Shown: positions 48,609-59,086, counted from the stretch's first letter. The stretch: 64,000 bases of DNA from Candidatus Latescibacterota bacterium (GCA_965217865.1 CBDCJO010000002.1:960001-1024000), one strand, 5' to 3'. Notes: a model not told the origin generated them from the letters alone. A program made the numbers and translations.

Positions 48609-51600
48609 TTATTGTCTTAGAACGATCAGCGGTTTCCTGGCGGTGGCACTTTGATCCCCGTTGCGCGCCGAGATAACGTAGAGATAGGTCCCGTTGCCAA
48701 GGGGATTCCCGTCATGGTCCAACCCGTCCCAAGAGCTTTGATTGTAACCGGGCGCACCCGAGGCGTTTTCGATCCGACGAACCAGGCGTCCCGCTACCGA
48801 ATAGATTCGGATGGTGACACGTGCGGCCTGGGAAAGGAGGTACGTGAAGTGGGCGTCTCGGAGGACGGGGTTTGGGAAGACGAGCGGGGAGGCGATCATC
48901 AGGTCGGAGGTGACCACGAAGGAGAGTGAGGCCGAGGTGGGCCCGTTATCGAGCCTGTCCATCGCTTCGACTCGGACCGAATGTCTTCCATCGGCCAGGG
49001 ACGGGGAAAGGGTAAAACTGATATCTGCCTCGGACTCCGATAGCCCCGTGATTTCAGGTGCTTCCAAAGAGATGATTTCCCCGTCCACATCTATTTTGAC
49101 GGAAGATCGCTCAACACCGGAGGGATCAGAGGCATGGACCTCGAAGCGGGGCGTCGGGGGAAGGAAGTCCTCCGGGCGAATCTCCCCTGTCGTATCCAGG
49201 GAACGGAATTCCACAAGGGGCGGTTTTGTATCGCCCCTGCTGATGACCGTAACGAATTGTTGAGAGATCGCGGCTTCCGCACCCATATCTTCGAATGTAT
49301 CCGCGGTCTCGGTCCGCGCAAAGACTTTGAAAGTCCCGTCGAAGTGCTTTGTGTTCCAGATCAAAGACGCCGTGATGGTCTCCCCGATTCGAACACTGGG
49401 GATTTCCTTCCTCCCTATAAGCTGACCCCCCGCGTGTGGGGGTCCCCCCGCATAGAATGCGACGACTGCTCCCGAAAGGTCCTCGGTGGGCCCCAGGTTC
49501 AGAACCTGGACGGAAAGACCTATTGGTTCGAGCTCTTTAACCTCCGTCCTATCGTGGGTCAGGTTCGAGAGGCTCACCACCGGGAGGGCGGTGTAGGAAA
49601 GCCCCCAGGCCTTGAGTCCGGGGGAGGATGCAAGGCCTTCAGACTTGAACCGGGCGACGAGCCTGATGTGACGGTATGTCGAGGCGTCGATGGGGCTCAG
49701 GTCGATGCTCGGAGAAGCCTGAATGGCGTTGAAATTCGGGACCGGCTCGAACGTCCCTGATGTGAAGCGCTGGCCGAGAACCCCGATCTCAACGGAACCT
49801 CCCGAACCAGGTTCAGGTGGTTCGGTCGTTTCCACAGAAAGCCTCCCCCACCGGGCAGCCGGTCCGATTGGAGATGTCATCGCCGAACTTGATGTCGGTG
49901 GGGACTTTCCCGCATACCGAACAACGAAGGGGCCCAGAAGTTTTCCGAACCAGACCTTGTTGTTTTTGGGGTCGTATTGTCCCGTGATTATTCCGGTCTC
50001 CGGCTGGTCACTGAGGATCTCATCGACAAAAGCCCCGTCCAGCGGGTCGACCACGCGGATACGTCCCCTCCCGGCTGTTGTGAACTCAACCAGATAAAGA
50101 TAATCTCCATCCGCAATCAGGCCGTCCGTTATGAGGTATGTGAACCCGTTGGTTGAGGGCGGGATCTCGAATACCCGAACCATTCCCCACCCTTGAGCGG
50201 GATCGAAGACCCTCACTTTCCACGCTGCCCGCGAGACGCCGTCTACGCCGAAAGCCAGGTTGTACACGAAACGGCCGTCGGAGGTGATGAGAAATTGACC
50301 TTCGATCGGCAATCCGCTTCGCTGCTCCAACAACCCGGAAGGGACCTGGACACGATCGATTGCGCCCGTGATCGGATCGATCCGCTCAATCTCAAACGGC
50401 ACCCCGGCGTCGTTGTAAATGAACCCATCGCTGTGATAGGTCGCGGATATTCCCGGCGTCGAAGCCGTCGGAAACGCACCGTAGTCCCTCCCTGCAACGG
50501 TCCCCTCGAAACCCGTTCCGATTCGATGAAAGACATCCGTTCCGGGATAGACGGTGGAGGGACCGCCGTACCACCTCTTGACGTAGAGGTATTTTCCGTC
50601 CGTGCAGAGCACACCGGCCCCGGAGACGCCTTCGGCCTGGATGAACGCTTCCCTGTGCTGCGAATCGGGGCGCGCGGGGAGGGGTTTTCGGACCCGGAAC
50701 AGGGCATCCCCGCTCAATTCGGCCCCATCGAGGCGGTTTCTTGCGAGTTGACCGGGCGTGCCCTGTCTCCAGGTTTCATCCCCGGGGGTCGGATCGATGA
50801 GGAAAGCCCGCGTTCGGGTCCAACGGCCAGGAATCTCCGAATCGTGGGTCCGAGCCATCCAGAAATAGACGCCTGGACTTAACCCGTTAACGGTCCAGGT
50901 AGTGACACGAATTCCCTCTGGAACGGGTCCCGAACGACGAACCTCCGGTCCTTCGAAGATGGGTGAGGGAGCGACTTCGAAGCGATAGTTCAAGCCCGGG
51001 GAGGGAGGCGAGGCGTTAAGGACAGTCAGGACCGCTTCCGAGGAGGTGATCCTCTGGTCGTCTACCGGTCCCATGGGTGTCGGGGTCTGGATTGGGAAGA
51101 CAATCAGGGGAATGGAAACCGTGTTGTTCGACGGATCCATCTCCTCACCGAGGCCGGGTTCGATTGACACGCTCAGCTGGTGGGGTCCGGCCCCTGCGAT
51201 CGGCCAGATTGTGATGATGCTGTCCGGGACACCGAAGGGGGGAAGGACTCCGGAGAAGAGTGTATCTACTCGCGTCCGATCGAGCCATCTGTCCACAACA
51301 AGGACGCGGACCGCCGACTCCGACGTAGATCCAAGGTTTTCGAAGAGGACTCCCAACCGGACGGAATCTCCTTCGACCAGGGCGGGGCCGTCTTCAATCG
51401 GGATCCCGTTCACCGAAACGTCTTTGGGGGAAACGGCGTAGTCGGATTGATCGAGCAGGGCGAAGTTCTGCGCTGGATCTCCGACGAGGTTCATCGACAA
51501 CACCCCGGTTGTGATCCCTGGAAACTCCCTCATAAGATCGATCTTGGCCAGATTCAGGATCCGGCCGAATTTCGATTCTCCCTTCCCAAAGGCGTGAAGA

Positions 51601-54401
51601 AACATCCGGTCGTTCAGGAGGGAGTCCGTAAATGCGAACCCCAGGGCCGTGGCGGAGACATACGCGATGGCTCCTCCATCGGGTTTATTCACCATCTCTT
51701 CGGCAAGACAGTTCAGTCTGGGCTCGGCAAAAAAGCCGTTCAGGCACGACATGGCGATAAAGAATGGGAGCCTGTCTCCGTTGAGGACTTTGGTCATGAA
51801 GGAATAGTTTCCCTGCTGAGAGGTCCCCCTGAAGAAGAAGGCCATCGCCGTTGCTGACCCGTGGCCCGCGAAGTTGACAAGGACAGCCCCTTCGTTCAAC
51901 CTCTGGATAAATCGCCGGGTGTCTTCGTTTGGTTCGGGGACAAGTTGATCGCTGTAGATTCGGGTGGTCTCAAGGCCGAACGGTTCGGAATAGGTCCTGA
52001 TCATAAAGTCGCTCGGTCCCACCAGGACATCTTCCGCACCCGCCAGGAAAAGCCCCCGATCACGCCATCGACCGACAGGAGGGGTGTCGTAGCCGATGAT
52101 CTTTTGAACAACGGTTTCGGTTTCCTCAGGGGACGATACGGAGATTCGGCCCACCGAGAGATCGGGAAAAAGGTCCTCGCCAAGGACGGTCGCGTAGAAG
52201 AAATCGGTGGGGGCGTTTCCCCGTTCTCGGGCTTGAAAATAGAGAGAGGGGACGTAGGAGATACGGCCGGTGTTGAAAATGTCGCGATAATCGAACGTCT
52301 CCCTGCCCACCAGGAGGAGATAGGCAGGAGGGATGGACAAGGCGGTCATGGTATAACGGATGTATGCCTGGATGGCTTCAGGTTCGAACTGTCCAAACCC
52401 GAAGGCGTGAAAAATGTCCTGGACGTCGACCAGTTTGACCGTCAATCCATCGGCCTCCCGCTGCGCGACCAGGGGGGCGAGAGCATCGAGAAAGTTTTTG
52501 TGACTGATCATCAGGTAGTCGGCGCCTGTCCGGTCCGCCCGCAGGTCGGCCCCCCCGAATCGGATACCCGGCGGGGGCCTTCGAATCCCCGCCTCTCCGG
52601 CCACGAAGTAGCGACCCGGCCGCTGTGGGCCTACCTCGAAGGTGGCTCCCTCCGCATCGGACAAGACGTCGATCCCGGTGAGATGCACGCCCCGAGTCAG
52701 GTCGTAGACGACCACTTCAGGCCCACTCAAGCCGGAGACGCTGATGCTGCGTCCGGCCTGGAAGTCATCAAGATCGAAGGTCAGGACGCCATTTTCCGCC
52801 TTGAATATTCTATCGTAGATGACATCAAGGTAGTTGAAGAGCACGGAGTCGATGACCAGGTCGTTCTTCCCGGGGCCTGTCTCCTTCGGGACCTCGATCG
52901 TCAGGGTGTTGGGCCCTTCCCGGAGGTTCGAGAGAGAGGCTTCGCCCTCTATGATAAGAGGGGTCTGGCCGCCCCATATCCCCTCGCCGAGGATGGGGCC
53001 GTCGTTGAGCCGGATGAGGGCCCTGTGGTCCGGATCGACTCTGAACAGATCCGTCAGACCGTGCATCCCGACCCGCAGCACCGGGGGACGGCCAGACGGG
53101 TCGATCCCGTTGATCGACCAGCCGAAGGAACTGGAATCGGGACCGTCGATCCGGGCCCAGTACCAGTGGTCTCGCAGGTTGTCTGCCGCCAGGCCCAAAG
53201 GGTCGTATTGACCGTCCTGTTCGAAGTGGATCTTGGCCCGGTAGAAGGTGGCGGGGGGATAGCTGTTCTTCGGGGCGGCATCGATTGAGGAGACCCTTTC
53301 CCCGACCCCACCGTCATCGGTGAGATAGAACACGTTCCCCCGTCCCAGAGGGTTCTCGAAGTCTCGGTCCGATCGCCGAAAGCGCGCGTAAAATTCGATG
53401 ATATCCCCTTCGAGGAGACCTCCACCGCTTCCTCCGGAAATCCGGAGGGGGACTTCACCCCCATCCACGTAAAGTTTCAGGCGATCCAGGTCGACCCCGT
53501 CGGGGTCGATCCCCGACGAGATGAACCACTCCCGGTCCAGCCGGTAAAGTCCGTCGTCCCGGATGGTGAATGTATGATAGGTCCATGTGGGTCGATACCA
53601 GGTTCCCTCCTCATCGACCTTCCCCAGACCCGGTTGGGAAGGGGGGGGGGCCGTCCGCCAGGATTTTGCGTCCTCGTAGTTGAGGAGGGAGGACCTGTAG
53701 ACTGGCTCGAAAGCCCTGTCGCTCCGGGGTGCGGGGACGCGCGCCGGTTTAGGCGCACGGGAGGATATGAACCGGACGGTTACGCGAAGCTTTCCGGTGA
53801 TACGAAGTTCACGCCGGATGGGATTGTACCGGACAGGCCGGAGGGAGAGGACGGCCACCCGTTGGTGCCGGAGGTATCCGGTCGTTGCTATCTCAGCGGG
53901 GGCCTCCGGATAAAGAACGTTACTTCGATAGAAAAGATCATCTATCCCAGGCATATCCGGATGCATTCCGGGATCGTGGAAAGGTGCGAGGCGCAATTGG
54001 GAAAGGGTTGTGATCTCCTCCTCCTGGATCGTTATGACGAAATCGACCCCTTCCGGGACGCCCAGGAGGACACTCGTAAAAGGAACGGCAGGGAGGCCCG
54101 GCTCTATGGTGTGGACGTAACCGGGCACCGTCATCCTGCGGAATAAGTTCCCCGCTACCTGAACCTCCTGGAGGGAATAGGTTTGAACACCGACTTCCAC
54201 AACGAATCCACGGGCGTCAGAAGAGACCAACCGCGGCGCGTTGAGGTCGGACGCCTCGTCGGCAAGGGAACCCCTGTTGAAGGTAAGCAGCACGAGTATC
54301 AGGAGCAGGAGCTTAATCATCGAGAATCTCACAAGCCGTTCCTGTTGTATATTCAATAATTTCGGTGGAATGATTTCGATTTTAAGTTGAAAAGATAACA
54401 T
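48609..54401 (-). CDS. Large secreted C25 (gingipain/PorU-like) cysteine peptidase with propeptide, CARDB/Ig domains and FlgD-Ig C-terminal domain
   Basis: Signal peptide, PGLP.VP propeptide, ADYL.I.H, VGR, FAGHG (His), MSCLNG (Cys), L.GDP, FPNP...IY..AGRLVR...WDG.D..G...NG.Y.Y. Confidence 0.85.
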   Translation of the reverse strand: MLSFQLKIEIIPPKLLNIQQERLVRFSMIKLLLLILVLLTFNRGSLADEASDLNAPRLVSSDARGFVVEVGVQTYSLQEVQVAGNLFRRMTVPGYVHTIEPGLPAVPFTSVLLGVPEGVDFVITIQEEEITTLSQLRLAPFHDPGMHPDMPGIDDLFYRSNVLYPEAPAEIATTGYLRHQRVAVLSLRPVRYNPIRRELRITGKLRVTVRFISSRAPKPARVPAPRSDRAFEPVYRSSLLNYEDAKSWRTAPPPSQPGLGKVDEEGTWYRPTWTYHTFTIRDDGLYRLDREWFISSGIDPDGVDLDRLKLYVDGGEVPLRISGGSGGGLLEGDIIEFYARFRRSDRDFENPLGRGNVFYLTDDGGVGERVSSIDAAPKNSYPPATFYRAKIHFEQDGQYDPLGLAADNLRDHWYWARIDGPDSSSFGWSINGIDPSGRPPVLRVGMHGLTDLFRVDPDHRALIRLNDGPILGEGIWGGQTPLIIEGEASLSNLREGPNTLTIEVPKETGPGKNDLVIDSVLFNYLDVIYDRIFKAENGVLTFDLDDFQAGRSISVSGLSGPEVVVYDLTRGVHLTGIDVLSDAEGATFEVGPQRPGRYFVAGEAGIRRPPPGIRFGGADLRADRTGADYLMISHKNFLDALAPLVAQREADGLTVKLVDVQDIFHAFGFGQFEPEAIQAYIRYTMTALSIPPAYLLLVGRETFDYRDIFNTGRISYVPSLYFQARERGNAPTDFFYATVLGEDLFPDLSVGRISVSSPEETETVVQKIIGYDTPPVGRWRDRGLFLAGAEDVLVGPSDFMIRTYSEPFGLETTRIYSDQLVPEPNEDTRRFIQRLNEGAVLVNFAGHGSATAMAFFFRGTSQQGNYSFMTKVLNGDRLPFFIAMSCLNGFFAEPRLNCLAEEMVNKPDGGAIAYVSATALGFAFTDSLLNDRMFLHAFGKGESKFGRILNLAKIDLMREFPGITTGVLSMNLVGDPAQNFALLDQSDYAVSPKDVSVNGIPIEDGPALVEGDSVRLGVLFENLGSTSESAVRVLVVDRWLDRTRVDTLFSGVLPPFGVPDSIITIWPIAGAGPHQLSVSIEPGLGEEMDPSNNTVSIPLIVFPIQTPTPMGPVDDQRITSSEAVLTVLNASPPSPGLNYRFEVAPSPIFEGPEVRRSGPVPEGIRVTTWTVNGLSPGVYFWMARTHDSEIPGRWTRTRAFLIDPTPGDETWRQGTPGQLARNRLDGAELSGDALFRVRKPLPARPDSQHREAFIQAEGVSGAGVLCTDGKYLYVKRWYGGPSTVYPGTDVFHRIGTGFEGTVAGRDYGAFPTASTPGISATYHSDGFIYNDAGVPFEIERIDPITGAIDRVQVPSGLLEQRSGLPIEGQFLITSDGRFVYNLAFGVDGVSRAAWKVRVFDPAQGWGMVRVFEIPPSTNGFTYLITDGLIADGDYLYLVEFTTAGRGRIRVVDPLDGAFVDEILSDQPETGIITGQYDPKNNKVWFGKLLGPFVVRYAGKSPPTSSSAMTSPIGPAARWGRLSVETTEPPEPGSGGSVEIGVLGQRFTSGTFEPVPNFNAIQASPSIDLSPIDASTYRHIRLVARFKSEGLASSPGLKAWGLSYTALPVVSLSNLTHDRTEVKELEPIGLSVQVLNLGPTEDLSGAVVAFYAGGPPHAGGQLIGRKEIPSVRIGETITASLIWNTKHFDGTFKVFARTETADTFEDMGAEAAISQQFVTVISRGDTKPPLVEFRSLDTTGEIRPEDFLPPTPRFEVHASDPSGVERSSVKIDVDGEIISLEAPEITGLSESEADISFTLSPSLADGRHSVRVEAMDRLDNGPTSASLSFVVTSDLMIASPLVFPNPVLRDAHFTYLLSQAARVTIRIYSVAGRLVRRIENASGAPGYNQSSWDGLDHDGNPLGNGTYLYVISARNGDQSATARKPLIVLRQ

Positions 54402-54581
54402 CCCGCCCTATAAAAAACAACGTCGATCGTGGTTCGTCAATCGTGATTCTTGGCTCAAAACCTTCTCTTCTCCCCCACGCCGGCATCGACACGACTATTG
54501 TCAATTGAAGAGGACAAAGCCAGATGCAACAAAAGTTCCAAACCACTACCTAGGGTAGGGAATAGATCGTTTTTATCTCTA

Positions 54582-54610
54582 TTGACAAAGCCCGGGGTGG
54601 GTGGTATCTT
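54582..54610 (+). promoter_or_regulatory. Sigma70-type promoter
   Basis: TTGACA-17 bp-TATCTT. Confidence 0.65.
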
Positions 54611-54631
54611 GAGAGTAAATATCGAATCATA

Positions 54632-55024
54632 ATGAGGTTTTCCGTGCCCGAAATAAAATCCCTCCTGCATCCCGGACTGTTTTCCGCCAATCTCGAGGAT
54701 ATCAAAAAACGGAACGGTAAGCCCCCGTGGAACGAACGGGTGGTGGTGAGCGATCAGGTTACGGGAACTGTCATCTGCCAGGCACCGGGAACACAAAACG
54801 ACCGACATTTCCATATCTACGATGAGTGGTGGATGGTTCTGGAGGGGGAGATTCACTGGGAGATTGAGGGTCAGCCTGAACTGGTTCGGGCAAAGGCGGG
54901 GGACTTTGTGTACGTGCCCAAGAACCATTTCCATCTCATCCATGTCGAAGGGGATGGGCCAGCCATTCGAATGGCCATCAGCGTTACGGGTGAGAAGCAT
55001 CGCCACGAAAAGGATTCCCCCTGA
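54632..55024 (+). CDS. Cupin domain protein
   Basis: HFH..DEWW.VLEG, GD.VYVP....H. Confidence 0.85.
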   Translation: MRFSVPEIKSLLHPGLFSANLEDIKKRNGKPPWNERVVVSDQVTGTVICQAPGTQNDRHFHIYDEWWMVLEGEIHWEIEGQPELVRAKAGDFVYVPKNHFHLIHVEGDGPAIRMAISVTGEKHRHEKDSP

Positions 55025-55148
55025 AGGGCCCCTCGGATTATTGTAGCCTGGCGAGGGCATCCGGAAACCGTTTGAATCGATTAAACACGATCGAATAGAT
55101 CGGCTAGATTACTTCAAATTGTCCCTTTTTAAACAGGAGACTTCTGAC

Positions 55149-57140
55149 ATGGATGCTTTTAAAAAGGGTGCCGTTGAGGAGGCCCTTTCCGGTCAGACCC
55201 TGGCTGCCGCGGATCGCATCCTGATCGATCCGGAGCCGGGGAGACTGGTCGAGATGATGGGGGGTGTCTGCGAAGAAATTCGGGGGCGTTGGCCGTCTGC
55301 GGATGCGTCGGGCCAGCAACGACTGGTTCAACTCGGGTTCAGGCTGGGGTTCAACCTTGCAGGGATGGACACGTCGGCTGTGGGCTACGATTCCAAGGAG
55401 ATCGATCATGCCTTTTCTCTTCTTACGGCATCGGTTGGCGCGTTGGATCGGGACGAAGCGGGAGGGGTGATAACTCATTCAACGGCAAAGCGCATCCTGG
55501 CCGACATGAAATCGGTGAATTCCGGGGACAGTCTTTCCGGGTTGATGGCCGAGCGGATCGAGTCCGCGTGGAAGGACAAAAGCGGGAAGTCCTTTCTCGA
55601 ACTGTTTCGAAAGGAGCTCCGAGGCGGGGTCTACTGGGAGATGGGGGAAAAGAGGATGTGCAAGTTCGGAAACGACTTTGCGCGGGGCCTCGAATACCTT
55701 CGTCATCTGGGATTCTGCCAGGTGTCCACCAACCCCGTCCTGGCTGCGAAGGCCTTTGAGGAGGAGGCGGAGCTTGTGGAGGTTTTTCGGGGGGAGGTCG
55801 CGCGACACCCGGACTGGGTGGCTTCACCCGAAGACTTTGGGGACGCGATGGCGATGGGCGCGACCCTGATTGCACTCTGGCCCAATCTCTCGGTGTTCCG
55901 ACCCCTTGCCCTTCACACGGATTTAATGGATTACGTTGTCAGTTTCCAACTCAACCCAAACATCGCGGACAATGTGTCCGAAAGTCTAAGGGATGCGAAG
56001 GCCGCTTATGGATTCGCGACCGAATTTTTGACCCGGTACGACGGAGCCCTGGGTCTGGGGGACAGGTCGGGAACGACCCGGCCCAACATCGTGTTCAAGG
56101 TGGCGGCTTCGTCTGAAGCCGCCCGGGACATCACCCGCGATCTGAATCGCGAGGGGATAGGGACGAACAACACCGTGGTCTACACCGTAGGGCAGGAGGT
56201 CCAGCTGATTATCGATGCTTTCGAAGGGAAGGCCCAAGCCATCAAGTCCGGCAACGGGATTACCCGGACCTACGAAACGAACATGGGCGGACGACTGGTC
56301 AGCCATCTCAGGGAGGTTGAGGCGGAGAAACTTTTTGAGCAGGTCGCGACGGAATTGGGGGAGGAACGCGCCTCGGATCACGTTATGACCCTCGCCCGGA
56401 CGCTCAACATTGACCGGGCAACGCTCGATCAATCGGCATCCGGGTCGTTTGTGGAACGAGTACGCACGGTCTGCTCATTCAAGTTCTTGAAGTCTCTCGC
56501 ACACAAGGCAGTGATCGAGGTCGTCGAAGCGGCAGGGATGGACACCAAGGAGGTCGAACAGCTGGAACAGGACCTCCGGAAGGCCGGGACCCTGGTCGCC
56601 CGGCGGGTCTACCGCGTGTTCTACGCCCCGGAAAATAGAACCCGATGGGTTGCCTACCTCGCGAATCGATACGGGCTCAAGGCGGAACAGGCCGAGTCAG
56701 TCCTGTCTTCGATGGACGTGCTTCCCGCGTCGAAACGGATTCCGGAAGATACCTACCACACCCTTGGGTATCCGAACTTCTGCAACACGGAATTTCCCAA
56801 TCACGCGCGGGCGGTGCAGTTGATGGCCGAGAATGAGGGGTTCCGGTTGGAATCGTTCCGGGATGCGATCTTTCATACCTATGATGCCGGGGTCGTTGAG
56901 CGGTTGAATAAGATTCCGGATTTTCAGCTGGCCTATGAGTTCACTCCAAAGATGAGGGACTTCCTGTTGGGCGATGTCGGCATCGAGGAGGTGAAGGAAT
57001 GGGGTACGGGAGGGATCGCGCCTCAGGGGTGGAAGGACTTCGGGTCAGTAAAAAAGACGGTTTCAGAATTCCGCGCCGCTTACGACGCTTTTGTTGAGAA
57101 GTGCGTGGGGATCGCTAGGGACTTTAAACGGCAATCGTGA
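55149..57140 (+). CDS. Large divergent transaldolase-family protein
   Basis: GND, STNP, VSFQL.P, PN.VFKV (Schiff-base Lys), GIGTNNTVVY, GGR, LPAS; AGGAG RBS. Confidence 0.7.
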   Translation: MDAFKKGAVEEALSGQTLAAADRILIDPEPGRLVEMMGGVCEEIRGRWPSADASGQQRLVQLGFRLGFNLAGMDTSAVGYDSKEIDHAFSLLTASVGALDRDEAGGVITHSTAKRILADMKSVNSGDSLSGLMAERIESAWKDKSGKSFLELFRKELRGGVYWEMGEKRMCKFGNDFARGLEYLRHLGFCQVSTNPVLAAKAFEEEAELVEVFRGEVARHPDWVASPEDFGDAMAMGATLIALWPNLSVFRPLALHTDLMDYVVSFQLNPNIADNVSESLRDAKAAYGFATEFLTRYDGALGLGDRSGTTRPNIVFKVAASSEAARDITRDLNREGIGTNNTVVYTVGQEVQLIIDAFEGKAQAIKSGNGITRTYETNMGGRLVSHLREVEAEKLFEQVATELGEERASDHVMTLARTLNIDRATLDQSASGSFVERVRTVCSFKFLKSLAHKAVIEVVEAAGMDTKEVEQLEQDLRKAGTLVARRVYRVFYAPENRTRWVAYLANRYGLKAEQAESVLSSMDVLPASKRIPEDTYHTLGYPNFCNTEFPNHARAVQLMAENEGFRLESFRDAIFHTYDAGVVERLNKIPDFQLAYEFTPKMRDFLLGDVGIEEVKEWGTGGIAPQGWKDFGSVKKTVSEFRAAYDAFVEKCVGIARDFKRQS

Positions 57141-57244
57141 AAGGACCGTAGCTCGTACCTCGCGAATCGTAAAAACACCAGAAAGCCAAAACAAAAACAC
57201 CCAAGGTATTTTACGAGATACGCTTCACGAGATACGAAATACGG
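57136..57244. repeat. Heptamer-repeat inverted element (TCGTxxx / ACGAGAT units)
   Basis: TCGTACC TCGCGAA TCGTAAAA ... TTTTACGAGAT ACGCTTC ACGAGAT ACGAAAT. Confidence 0.7.
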
Positions 57245-57271
57245 CTTCTCTCTTGGAGGAAGATTCGCACT

Positions 57272-59086
57272 ATGCTCAAGTCCATGCGGGATGTCAGGTT
57301 CATCAAGATAATCATTTGGATCACGGCGATCGGATTTGTGGGTCTGATCGTACTGGATTGGGGGGCCGACATCGGCGGCAGGGGAGGGGGCGCTAATGTG
57401 GGTGAGATTAACGGCCGGGTGGTTTCCTATCAGGAGTTCGACGCCTTCATCAAACAGGCCTATCAACAAAAGAGGGAACAGCTCGGGAGAGAGCCGGATT
57501 TCGCGGGGCTGGTCCAGGAGACGTGGGACAGGCTGGTGGTGGAGACCCTGATGGCAGAAGAGGTTCAGAAGCGGGGGATCGTCGTCTCCTCTGCGGAAGT
57601 GGATTATTTCAACCGAACACAGCCGTTGGAAGCCATAAAGGGCCACGAGGGGTTCCAGACCGACGGGGAATTCGATCCTGCAAAATACAATCAGTTTTTG
57701 GACAACCCCGCAACCTACGATGACCCTCAAGCCTTACAATTCATTCAGGCCGTCGAGGGCACGATCGAACGGTTTCTCCTTACCCAGAAGCTTCAGGAGC
57801 GGGTCGGACTCGCCGTTAAGGTGACCGATGCCGAAGCGCGGGAGTCTTACCTGGAAGAGAACGAACAAGTCAAGGTCGAGTATGCGGCGATCTCCGCGGG
57901 GTCGATACCCGATTCCGCAGCGACGGTCACGGATGCGGAAGTGTCCGATTATTATGGTGGACACCAGGAGGACTTTGAACAGGATTCAGCCGTGAGGTTT
58001 GATTTCCTCGTCTTTGACAAACAACCTTCTGCCGAAGACGAAAAGGGGATCGAGGCAGAAACCCGGGGCCTTTTGGAACAGGTAAGGGGTGGGGCGGACT
58101 TCGGGCAACTTGCGTTAGAAAATTCCGATGATTCCGGCTCGGCTTCCAAGCGGGGAGACCTGGGTTACTTCGGGAGAGGAAAGATGGTCCCGGCGTTCGA
58201 GAGAGTTGCCTTTTCTTTAGAGAAGGGTGAGGTTTCAGAGCCGGTCCGAACCCCTTTCGGATGGCATCTCATTCAGGTTGAGGATCGGAAGACAGAAGAT
58301 GGCCAGGAGCAGGTAAAAGCCCGGCATATTCTCCGGAATATCGAGAAGAGCCCTCAGGCCATCGACCGGGTTCGGGAAAGTGCGGAGTTGTTCCAGGCGC
58401 AAGCCCGGAAGCGGGGATTTTCGGTCGTTGCAGCGGGGCTCAAGGTACAGGACACGGGGTTTATCAGTTCAGGGGAGTTTGTCCCTGGACTCGGAAATCG
58501 TACAACCGGTCTGGTCTCCAACTTCCTCAAGAAGCCGGAAGGGGAGATATCGGCTTTATTCGAGAACGATCAGGGTATCTTTATCTATTCAATCAAAGAG
58601 AAGCGGGAGGCCGCAACCCGGCCTATGGAGGAGGTCCTTGAGGAGGTAAAGGGCGCCATACGAAAAGAGAAGAAGTTGGCGATCGCAAAGCGAAGCATGG
58701 AGAAGGTCGCCGCAGACGTCGGGGCTGGAAGACCTCTGATAGACGCCGCAAAGGCCCACGGGGCGATATCCGGGACGACAGAGTGGATCAACCGTCTCAG
58801 TTTCGTCCCCCAGGTGGGGAGCAGAAACGAGTTTTTCGGAGCCGCATTCGGGTTGGACTTGCCGGGCAAGATCAGCGATGTCGTCACCGGAGACCGCGGG
58901 GTCTACCTTGTCAAGCTGATCGAGCGAAAGCCTGCGGACGAGAAGGAATTCGAATCGGAGAAGAATTCGATCAGGGCAAAAATCGCGAGGAAGAAGCGTA
59001 CCCAGGCATTCGCGTCCTGGTTTAATGACTTAAAAGAAAAGGCTGAGATCGTCGATAATCGGCACCGGTTTTTTTCGAAGTACTGA
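57272..59086 (+). CDS. PpiD/SurA-like membrane-anchored peptidylprolyl isomerase
   Basis: ML..MR N-terminus, TM segment, SurA-N region, DF..LA...SDD..S...GDLG.F..G.MV..FE..AF, FGWHLI, ARHIL. Confidence 0.88.
   Translation: MLKSMRDVRFIKIIIWITAIGFVGLIVLDWGADIGGRGGGANVGEINGRVVSYQEFDAFIKQAYQQKREQLGREPDFAGLVQETWDRLVVETLMAEEVQKRGIVVSSAEVDYFNRTQPLEAIKGHEGFQTDGEFDPAKYNQFLDNPATYDDPQALQFIQAVEGTIERFLLTQKLQERVGLAVKVTDAEARESYLEENEQVKVEYAAISAGSIPDSAATVTDAEVSDYYGGHQEDFEQDSAVRFDFLVFDKQPSAEDEKGIEAETRGLLEQVRGGADFGQLALENSDDSGSASKRGDLGYFGRGKMVPAFERVAFSLEKGEVSEPVRTPFGWHLIQVEDRKTEDGQEQVKARHILRNIEKSPQAIDRVRESAELFQAQARKRGFSVVAAGLKVQDTGFISSGEFVPGLGNRTTGLVSNFLKKPEGEISALFENDQGIFIYSIKEKREAATRPMEEVLEEVKGAIRKEKKLAIAKRSMEKVAADVGAGRPLIDAAKAHGAISGTTEWINRLSFVPQVGSRNEFFGAAFGLDLPGKISDVVTGDRGVYLVKLIERKPADEKEFESEKNSIRAKIARKKRTQAFASWFNDLKEKAEIVDNRHRFFSKY

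Noticed and set aside
51861-53288. 475-aa + strand ORF
   Set aside because: Antisense shadow of the C25 gene in GC-rich DNA; no motifs
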